From Candidatus Hydrogenedentota bacterium (GTDB taxonomy: Bacteria > Hydrogenedentota > Hydrogenedentia > Hydrogenedentales > CAITNO01): DNA of 34,609 bases. The DNA lies in the NCBI GenBank assembly GCA_007124105.1, contig SLFT01000334.1, positions 1 to 34,609 of the forward strand, written 5' to 3'. The translations under genes and the position numbers were made by a program. This document shows positions 8,748-16,545 of this stretch, piece by piece (the stretch's first letter is position 1; each line of letters begins with the position of its first letter). The notes beneath the pieces are model-generated. The model was given only the letters and a program-made list of their open reading frames with translations, searched no databases and was not told where the DNA came from.

Positions 8748-9743
8748 ATGACACATACACAAATGCTGGCGATTGGCTGCGCCGCGATTCTGTTTCTGCC
8801 GCCGTTATTATTGGCTGGCATTGTTTCCTTCACTGCGCTCGTATTGAATCCACGCACTGGCGCGGCCACCGACTATCACACCAGCGCGCTACTCTCCGCC
8901 ACACCGCCGCCCCTGATAGAGCCGACCACGTTGAAAATTGTTACCTTCAACATTGCTTGCGCGTATCTGTTTACATCGAACCGTCCCGAACGCATGCGCG
9001 AGATAGGCCGTGTGCTGACGGAACTTGATCCGGACATTGTTGGCATACAAGAATCATTTGTCGCAAAAGACCGTGAGATACTGTTGGAGGCGTTGTCCGA
9101 GTCACGTTTACAGTATCATGCGGACTATCCGGCGGCGACCGTGGGCAACGGACTGCTCACCCTCAGCGCTTATCCCATTGTGGAAAACTACTTCCATCGC
9201 TTTCGCGTCAACAACCCCTGGTACAAAATGCATCAGGGCGACTGGTGGGCGGGCAAGGGGGTGGGCCTTGCCCGTATTTTATTGCCCGACGGCGCTGTTG
9301 TAGATTTCTACAATACCCATGCGCAGGCAGGACGCGGCGACGCCGCCAATGCCGCTGTACGATTCGAGCAGATGGGAGAACTGGCTGCGTTTATGAACCA
9401 GTCGCGCACCGGCGTCGGCCCTGCGTTCATCGTGGGCGATTTTAATACGCGCATGGGACGGTCTGATCTGGAACGGGCCATGTCCGAGGCCGGGTTGCTG
9501 TGCGCCATGACCATTGAGTCCGGCATAGATTTTATCTTTGCCGCTGAAGATAAACGCTATAACGTTGAAACGCTTGACACCATCGCCATCACCGGAGAGA
9601 CGCGAGGAAGCAAAGGCGCCTTATTCCTGAGTCGCGCGCCCACGCCGCGAGAACTGTGGCGCATCCTTTTTGGTCCCGGCGAAATGACCACGCTGAGCGA
9701 CCATAAAGGTTTCATGTCCACCATACGCATCCATCCGCAATGA
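8748..9743 (+). CDS. EEP-family phosphodiesterase, neutral sphingomyelinase/Isc1-like, membrane-anchored
   Basis: N-terminal TM; EEP motifs TFNI, GIQE, NTH, GDFN, IDFIF, SDH; HQGDWWAGKGVG resembles the P-loop-like motif of neutral sphingomyelinases. Confidence 0.8.
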   Translation: MTHTQMLAIGCAAILFLPPLLLAGIVSFTALVLNPRTGAATDYHTSALLSATPPPLIEPTTLKIVTFNIACAYLFTSNRPERMREIGRVLTELDPDIVGIQESFVAKDREILLEALSESRLQYHADYPAATVGNGLLTLSAYPIVENYFHRFRVNNPWYKMHQGDWWAGKGVGLARILLPDGAVVDFYNTHAQAGRGDAANAAVRFEQMGELAAFMNQSRTGVGPAFIVGDFNTRMGRSDLERAMSEAGLLCAMTIESGIDFIFAAEDKRYNVETLDTIAITGETRGSKGALFLSRAPTPRELWRILFGPGEMTTLSDHKGFMSTIRIHPQ

Positions 9744-9841
9744 GTGCGGTACGCTGACGTGTGAACAACATATCACTACCGCTTCTTGCTGGCGAAGATG
9801 AAGGCAAGCGATAAGACGCTAGCTAACACAAGGATAGCCTC

Positions 9842-12283
9842 ATGGATTCTACCGCATTGCCGCTTACCGTACACGCGATTGGACACGGGCATATTGATCC
9901 TACCTGGCTCTGGCGTTGGACGGAAGGTTATGAAGAGGTACGCGCCACGTTTCGCAGCGCCCTGGATAGAATGGATGAAACGGAAGACTTTATTTTCTCA
10001 GCAAGCAGCGCCTGTTTTTATCAGTGGATCAAAGAGTGCGACCCGGAACTCTTCGAGCGCATCAAGGCGCGTGTTAAAGAAGGGCGTTGGGAAATTACGG
10101 GGCCGTTCTGGGTGGAACCCGACTGCAACATTCCTTGCGGCGAATCACTGGTGCGCCACGGCTTGTATTCACAACGTTTCTTCGAGCGGGAGTTTGGGCG
10201 TCGCGCCGTGGTGGGTTTTAACCCCGACGCTTTTGGTCACGCCGGTTCCCTGCCGCAAATCCTCCAGAAACTTGGCGTTCACTACTATGTCTATATGCGG
10301 CCGGCGCCCGTGTGGGAAATGGAATATCCTGACGGCACGCTTTTTTTCTGGCAGTCACAAGACGGTTCGCGTGTGCTGGCGGCGCAAATCCCGATCGGAT
10401 ACGATGGCAGTGAAAACAATCTGCGCGAAAAGGTCGAAGGGTTGCGGCGTTATCCTTTTCTGACAGCGGGACAACGGCACATCCTTTGTTTTTACGGCGT
10501 CGGCAATCACGGCGGCGGCCCCACGCGCAAAGCGATTGCGCTGCTGGAATCCTTGCGCGACGAAGCCTCCTCAGACTACACCGTGCAATTTTCGAGCATG
10601 GAAGCGTTTTTTGAGGCATTCAAAGGGGACACGGATGAATCGAATATTCCGGTGATGCAAAATGAACTGCAACATCACGCCCGCGGTTGCTACAGCGCCC
10701 ACAGCGAAATGAAACGACTGAACCGACAGGTTGAGCATGCACTGATGAGCGCTGAGCGGTTTGCTACTGTTGCGTGGCTGCTGGGCGTTCATCCTTATCC
10801 GCACGACGCCTTTGCCAGGTGCTGGCAGGACCTGCTCTACAATCAGTTTCATGATATTATCGCGGGAACCAGTCTGGAGTTGTCTTATGAAGACACCCGG
10901 GACCAGCTGGGCGCAGCACGCCATCGGGCCGATGTAATCGCCAACGCGGCCATACAATCCATTGCGCGAAACATAGATACATCGGCTGCGGGGAACACTA
11001 TTGTAGCCATCAATCCGTTGCCCTGGCCGGTGAGCGCGCCGCTGGTCGCCCCCTCGATAACGGAACGCGGCATTGGGCGTTCCTATCACATCGTGAACGA
11101 AAACGAGGAACTGATCCCAAGCCAGGAGATACGGGGTGAACGCATAGACCATCGGCGCCGCGCCTTTCTTGCCGCCATTCCCGCGATGGGCTATCGTGTC
11201 TTTCACGCCCGACCGGAATCGCGCCGCTATAAACACGCGCTGCCCCTGGCGTATGGGCGGGATTTTCTGGAAAATATGTGGTGGCGCATCGAGTTTGATA
11301 CGCACACGGGCGCGATCACACGCTTGTTTGACAATACGCTCAAAATGGACGTTGTCACAGACGGCGCAGTGCTTGCCGCCATGGTGGACAACAGCGATAC
11401 ATGGGGGCACGACCTCACGGAATTTCGGGTGGAAGCGGGACGCTTCTCGGCCGTGGACATGCGCGTGGTGGAGGCGGGCGAAATTATGGCCACCCTGCAA
11501 ATTGTATCGCGTTACGACAGGTCGGAGGCCATCACAGAGTTTACCGTGTACCGCGACATCAATCATATCGAATACGCCATGCGCGTTAACTGGCAACAAC
11601 AGTATCAAGCGCTAAAACTTGGTTTCACAACACGCATTGAAGACGGCGCGGCCGTGTACGAGGTCCCGTATGGATTTCAGGAACGTACTGCGGACGGCTG
11701 CGAGGAGCCTGGCCAACAGTGGTTCGACTTGACGGGAACCATTGAAGGACGCCCTTACGGACTGGCCATACTGAACGATGGGAAATATGGTTTTGACGTA
11801 AAAGACGGCGTCATGCGTGTAACACTGTTGCGCAGCCCGGCCTATGCCCACCATGACAATGGACGCTTTGAAGAGACGGCCCGGTGGCCCATCATGGACC
11901 AGGGCTGGCATCAGATGCGGTTTGCCTTGATGCCTCATGAAGGCGACTGGCGCGACGCGCGCGTAGTGAAACGCGCCTGGGAATTGAACGCGCCGCCCAT
12001 TGCCCATATCGAATCCGCCCATCCCGGCCACCATAAGTTACAGGCTGGATTATTTGGCACGGAGTCAGACAACATCTTGTTAAGCGTTATCAAATGCAGC
12101 GAGGACGGTGAAGACATTATCATACGCGGCTACGAAACAGCGGGACGGCAGACGGAAACGCGTCTGCATTTGCCCTATTTCGACAAGTCCTATGACATAC
12201 ATTTTGATCCGCACGAGATCAAAACCTTGCGTGTCAACAGAGCCGCGTGGATAATAAAGGAAGTGAACCTGCTCGAAGAATAA
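9842..12283 (+). CDS. GH38 alpha-mannosidase
   Basis: GHGHIDPTWLW, EPDCNIP.GESLVR, PDAFGH...LPQIL, GVGNHGGGPT, QFHDII.GT, LLRSP motifs. Confidence 0.93.
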   Translation: MDSTALPLTVHAIGHGHIDPTWLWRWTEGYEEVRATFRSALDRMDETEDFIFSASSACFYQWIKECDPELFERIKARVKEGRWEITGPFWVEPDCNIPCGESLVRHGLYSQRFFEREFGRRAVVGFNPDAFGHAGSLPQILQKLGVHYYVYMRPAPVWEMEYPDGTLFFWQSQDGSRVLAAQIPIGYDGSENNLREKVEGLRRYPFLTAGQRHILCFYGVGNHGGGPTRKAIALLESLRDEASSDYTVQFSSMEAFFEAFKGDTDESNIPVMQNELQHHARGCYSAHSEMKRLNRQVEHALMSAERFATVAWLLGVHPYPHDAFARCWQDLLYNQFHDIIAGTSLELSYEDTRDQLGAARHRADVIANAAIQSIARNIDTSAAGNTIVAINPLPWPVSAPLVAPSITERGIGRSYHIVNENEELIPSQEIRGERIDHRRRAFLAAIPAMGYRVFHARPESRRYKHALPLAYGRDFLENMWWRIEFDTHTGAITRLFDNTLKMDVVTDGAVLAAMVDNSDTWGHDLTEFRVEAGRFSAVDMRVVEAGEIMATLQIVSRYDRSEAITEFTVYRDINHIEYAMRVNWQQQYQALKLGFTTRIEDGAAVYEVPYGFQERTADGCEEPGQQWFDLTGTIEGRPYGLAILNDGKYGFDVKDGVMRVTLLRSPAYAHHDNGRFEETARWPIMDQGWHQMRFALMPHEGDWRDARVVKRAWELNAPPIAHIESAHPGHHKLQAGLFGTESDNILLSVIKCSEDGEDIIIRGYETAGRQTETRLHLPYFDKSYDIHFDPHEIKTLRVNRAAWIIKEVNLLEE

Positions 12284-12352
12284 TATAGCGAGCACAGCCA
12301 ACAACGGGAGACAAGACCCATTAGCATCATACCCTTCCCACGGAGAAAGAAC

Positions 12353-12796
12353 ATGCGTATTGAACGAGTGGAAGAAATCTGTCTGAATTGTCTGCGCGAC
12401 GCCGAGAGTCCGCTGGTGCCTGTCACTGAACTGTATCAACAGTGTGTAGACACGGAAAACGCGGGACACGTGTTGACCGAGGAGGCGTTGCTTCAATTTC
12501 TGCGTGGCCATGCCGATGTTGTCGTTGTTGAAGGCATTGGAGAAGACGATTCCGTAGAGGCGGCTGTCTTTGATAAAATCGGCATCGTTTCGGGAGCGCA
12601 CGCCATGTTGGAGAGTCGCGTTCCCACCCGCGACGAAATGAAGGAGATGCTGGAGATACAGTTAGCGCACATGCGAGAGAACCTGAAAGCCGCGCTGCAA
12701 CAGGCCCAGCAAAACAAAGACAAAGCAAAAGCCGATAAGATAGAGGCGTTAATAGAAAATACCGACGCCATCAATGAACGACTGCAGGAATTCTAA
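12353..12796 (+). CDS. hypothetical protein with C-terminal coiled coil
   Basis: 147-aa ORF, GGAG RBS, co-oriented 69 nt after the GH38 gene. Confidence 0.7.
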   Translation: MRIERVEEICLNCLRDAESPLVPVTELYQQCVDTENAGHVLTEEALLQFLRGHADVVVVEGIGEDDSVEAAVFDKIGIVSGAHAMLESRVPTRDEMKEMLEIQLAHMRENLKAALQQAQQNKDKAKADKIEALIENTDAINERLQEF

Positions 12797-12984
12797 CCCG
12801 GATATTTCACCAGATTTCTGTTGCGCCTGCGAATCTTACGCCATCGCAGCCACTTTGCTTGCCCGCCGACTTCGAAGTGTCCCGACACGCTGTCAGCCGG
12901 CGGCCTGCGCAAAATGGCTGATCTGACGCAATCTTCGCAGGCTCACGACGAAGCCTGGTGAAATATACGGGCTAATAACAACCT

Positions 12985-13962
12985 TCACGCAACCGTGTAA
13001 ATACAGATTCCGTCCCGCATGGTCCTGCACGCCGCGCCCTTGGCCACCAGATGACGCAAATGCGCCGCTGCCTCGCCAACGGCGAACCACTGCTGCATGA
13101 GCGGAAAATGATCCCACGATTCGGCTACAAAATCCCAGCTCATCCGCGTGGCCATTTCGTATGCCGTATTAACACCTGTTTTCAGGAGGGTCATCACCTC
13201 TGCCTCGCGTATTTGATGATGTTCCCGCAGTTCGTGGATACGTCCTTTCAAGTCGCTGAACACGCGCCGATGCCCAGGCAACACCAGGGCAACGTCTAAC
13301 TCGTACACTTTGTCCAAACTTTGGAGGTAAGCGCCGAGCATATCCTGGTCGTCCAGCATGCCCGATATGTTCGGCGTGATGTCGCCCAGCACGTGATCGC
13401 CAGACAGCAATATCTTTTTGTCCGGCTCATAAAGACAGAGATGTCCCGGACTGTGCCCAGGGGTCTGTATACAGGTAAAACGATAGGCGCCCACCTCAAT
13501 AATATCCCCGTCATGCAGGACAGCGAACTCCGGATAGCGCAAGGGGCCATACTTGATGCCCGGATGTTGTTTCAGCCCCTCCTCAAGTCTGTTGTCTGGA
13601 AACCCGCACACCCGCGCGCGCTCGAGCATCCCGGAAATAAAGTCAGCCGTCTTGAATTTTCGCGTCCACACCGCCTCGGGTTCGTTGAAGTATACGCGGG
13701 CATCTGATGCGGCAAGAGTTGCCACCAGTCCCAGGTGGTCCGCATGAAAATGGGTGATTAAAAAATCGGTGCGCGTCAGATCAACGCCAATCGCACCCAA
13801 GCCCGTCTCCAGCGCCGCACGACATTCGGGCTGGTTCATGCCGGTATCCACCACCAGGGCGCGTTCGCCGCCCGTAACAACATAGGAATTAAGTGAACGC
13901 AGCGGATTATTGGGCAACGGCACTTCGATGCGGTATAGATCGGAACGTATGGTTTCAAACAT
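12985..13962 (-). CDS. MBL-fold metallo-hydrolase with C-terminal winged-helix-like domain
   Basis: VDTG, THFHADHLG, TPGHSPGH, SGDH, PGH motifs. Confidence 0.9.
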   Translation of the reverse strand: MFETIRSDLYRIEVPLPNNPLRSLNSYVVTGGERALVVDTGMNQPECRAALETGLGAIGVDLTRTDFLITHFHADHLGLVATLAASDARVYFNEPEAVWTRKFKTADFISGMLERARVCGFPDNRLEEGLKQHPGIKYGPLRYPEFAVLHDGDIIEVGAYRFTCIQTPGHSPGHLCLYEPDKKILLSGDHVLGDITPNISGMLDDQDMLGAYLQSLDKVYELDVALVLPGHRRVFSDLKGRIHELREHHQIREAEVMTLLKTGVNTAYEMATRMSWDFVAESWDHFPLMQQWFAVGEAAAHLRHLVAKGAACRTMRDGICIYTVA

Positions 13963-14146
13963 AAGCGGTCTGTCCTTCCCTCAACGGAGATAAGAGGTTG
14001 ATCCCTGTCACGTGATGATACCAGATGGCAAAGGACACACAAATATGAGCTCTATCATTTGTTGCACCGACAGGAAAACCTCGTTGGACTAAGGGCCTGT
14101 ACAGAAAGGTGGACCGGCTCACAGCAAGTAGGCTGTCCCGCGCCGA

Positions 14147-14824
14147 TTACAGCCCTTCATCGGCGGAGAACAGCTCAATGGGGCGGGAAGCGTTTATGAT
14201 TGCCTTGATTACCGGAGGCGGGATATGCGGCGCGGCCACCATAATCAGGGGCGTCACGCCCGTTTGCGCCTCGTAGTCATCTGCGGAGGCGATATACTTG
14301 GGAATATCGCTTGATTTAAGCGCGGCCGTGACTTCGAGCAGAATATGGGTCCCGTCGCCGCGTATGACAATATCCACTTCCCGGTTGCCGTAGTAACCGC
14401 GCTTGACGCTGTAGTTTGTTTCGCCGAGTACGCCCTGCAACGTGTTGCGCATGGTGGCTTCGTTCTGAATGCCCCAGCGCGAACCAAGCGCTGATATGCT
14501 GTCTCGTATTTCCTTAAAGCCAAGGTGCATGGTTCGAACGGTTTCTTTTTGCGCTTCGGCGAGTTCCTCGACACGGCTCTCCGTACGTTTTTGCGCTTCT
14601 GCGAGTTCCTCGACACAGCTCTCCGTACGTTTTTGCGCTTCTGCGAGTTCCTCGACACGGCTCTCCGTACGCTCTTGCGCCCGAGCAAGTTGCTGCACCA
14701 CGTCCTTCAACTCGGTAAAGTCTTCACGGAATACGCCGCGTTCCTCGCGAAGGGCCGTAACAAGATGCAGCAGAGGCGGCCGCAACTCCGCGGGAAATTC
14801 ATCTATAATATTTATCACATGCAC
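14147..14824 (-). CDS. coiled-coil repeat protein with C-terminal PD-(D/E)XK-like domain (DUF3782-like)
   Basis: GTG start with AAGGA RBS; ([14 protein letters not shown])n repeats, LGSRWG..NE, EVDIVIR...LLEVT. Confidence 0.75.
   Translation of the reverse strand: MHVINIIDEFPAELRPPLLHLVTALREERGVFREDFTELKDVVQQLARAQERTESRVEELAEAQKRTESCVEELAEAQKRTESRVEELAEAQKETVRTMHLGFKEIRDSISALGSRWGIQNEATMRNTLQGVLGETNYSVKRGYYGNREVDIVIRGDGTHILLEVTAALKSSDIPKYIASADDYEAQTGVTPLIMVAAPHIPPPVIKAIINASRPIELFSADEGL
14547..14680. repeat. three near-identical 42-bp (14-aa) coding tandem repeats
   Basis: GCGCTTC.GCGAGTTCCTCGACAC.GCTCTCCGTACG begins at 14551, 14593 and 14635. Confidence 0.9.
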
Positions 14825-14857
14825 TTCTGTCTATCCTTGTAACTTTTCCACATACGT

Positions 14858-14886
14858 ATTATACCTGATCCGCGCTCACCCGTAAA
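14858..14886 (-). promoter_or_regulatory. putative sigma70 promoter of the DUF3782-like gene
   Basis: TTTACG(14886-14881)-17 nt-TATAAT(14863-14858). Confidence 0.6.
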
Positions 14887-15000
14887 AAAAGTACGCGTCA
14901 ATTCATTCAGCGATATGCAATAAAGACTCTTTGTAAATGATAGCGCCATTGCACGGGTTTCTTTTTTACGCTTCTTCCGGCCTCGCAATTGGCAATACGA

Positions 15001-16545
15001 CTACGGTTGCTCGCAGTGCGATTCGTTTTCAAAGGCAAGCGCAGCCGTTGGACAGGCGCGTACACACGCTTCGGCCACGGAACCCAACCCCGCTTGAAGG
15101 GTTGCGCCCAGGGCGGCGCGTACACGCGACTTTACGCCTCGCCCGGCAATAGTCATTCCGGGGTCAATGCCGTATTTACGGGTGAGAGCAATGCACACAC
15201 CGCACTTGATACATTTCCCCGGTTCGAACAAAATGGCGCCGGCTCGTTCAATAGGCAGAATAATGCGGTGTGGTAGATTGCGTTTGCCGCCGAGGGTCAC
15301 GCCGTATTCTTCAGCATAAAGACGCAGCTTACAGGTGGTCGGTTGCAGACAGTCACAATGCAGGCATCGCGCCGCTTCTTTTTGCGCGGCACAAGAAAGT
15401 TCAGACGCATTGCCATCTGGCGCCGCATTCATCCCCGCGCGCGACACCATGAACAACGCGTGTTGTCCTTCGCATTCATGGCATCTCTCTTTTCGCTCGA
15501 CGGCATAGGCTTCCAGGTCGTTTTCCTCAAGGCGGCCAAGGCGCGAGTTAAACATGCGTTTTTCCTGATACTCCTCACCGGCAAACAATGCCTGGACACG
15601 CCATGCGGCACGCTTGCCCGCTGCTACCGCACGGACAGGCATTGTTTCTTCACGAGCGCCTATTATGCGTTCGTGGTTGGGCGTTTCAGCATCTTTGATC
15701 GCGAGGATTACGGCGTCGTTCTCTTCGAGGCACGTTGCCAGCGTCATAACGCTCTCTGACTGGCCCGATTCGTTCATATCCACATCCGTAGCGAGAAATG
15801 TCGCCACATTCCATATTTTCAGGAAAGCAAACTCCGCTTCGCGGATGGCATCCGGGATGCTGTCGTCCAGGCCGGGACACACCCGGTCCTCCCTTTCGTA
15901 AAGGCGGCAGGCGTGGCCGTGCTGCGCCAGGACGCGCGCAGCGGCGAGTCCCGCGAGTCCGGCCCCGATAATAGCCACTGATTTTCCGGATGCCGGCTGT
16001 GGCTGTTCCAACTTTTCGGGAAAGGTTTCTGCCGCGCCGCCATGACAGGCGCGTATTGCGAGCGCCTGGTCGTATTGCCCGCGCCGGCATATCTTCTGGC
16101 AAGGGGCGGTACAAATGCTGCCCAGTATGCCGGGAAAAATCAGGTCTTCCCGCGCGATGGTTGCGGCGTCTGCGCCCTCGCCCTGTTGCAGCCGCCGAAG
16201 CATTTGCGGCACACGCAGTCCCGCGGGACACGCCCGCTCACAGGGCCCCTCGCAATCTCCGGCGTGTTCCGCGAGCAGCAGCGCCAAGGTGTCTCGACGC
16301 AACGCGCATATTTCATCGTCATTCGTGACAATGTCCATCCCCTCCTCGGCGGCGGAAGCGCAGGCGAGCAGCGTCTTTCCGGCGGCGGCGTTCCTGACCA
16401 CGCATATCATGCAAGAGGTGAGCGCCCCAGTTTCAGGATGATGGCAGAGCGTGGGAATGGCAACGCCTGCCTCGCGGGCCGCTTCCAGCACGGTGGCGTT
16501 TTCAGCCGCGTCCACTTCGCGTCCATCTATTTTAAGTCGGGGCAT
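15001..16545 (-). CDS. NuoG/HydA-N-like Fe-S subunit with inserted, internally shortened GltD/NfnB-like flavin domain
   Basis: IPTLCHH...SCMIC...C [2Fe-2S]; EH..DCEGPCERACP...GSICTAPCQKIC (GltD-type Fe-S); IIGAGLAG; EAARCLHCDC....C; CIKCGVC...CVRACP. Confidence 0.85.
   Translation of the reverse strand: MPRLKIDGREVDAAENATVLEAAREAGVAIPTLCHHPETGALTSCMICVVRNAAAGKTLLACASAAEEGMDIVTNDDEICALRRDTLALLLAEHAGDCEGPCERACPAGLRVPQMLRRLQQGEGADAATIAREDLIFPGILGSICTAPCQKICRRGQYDQALAIRACHGGAAETFPEKLEQPQPASGKSVAIIGAGLAGLAAARVLAQHGHACRLYEREDRVCPGLDDSIPDAIREAEFAFLKIWNVATFLATDVDMNESGQSESVMTLATCLEENDAVILAIKDAETPNHERIIGAREETMPVRAVAAGKRAAWRVQALFAGEEYQEKRMFNSRLGRLEENDLEAYAVERKERCHECEGQHALFMVSRAGMNAAPDGNASELSCAAQKEAARCLHCDCLQPTTCKLRLYAEEYGVTLGGKRNLPHRIILPIERAGAILFEPGKCIKCGVCIALTRKYGIDPGMTIAGRGVKSRVRAALGATLQAGLGSVAEACVRACPTAALAFENESHCEQP

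Noticed and set aside
14547-14680. Possible CRISPR array
   Set aside because: The 42-bp units are contiguous with no unique spacers, stay in frame within a CDS, and no cas genes are present.
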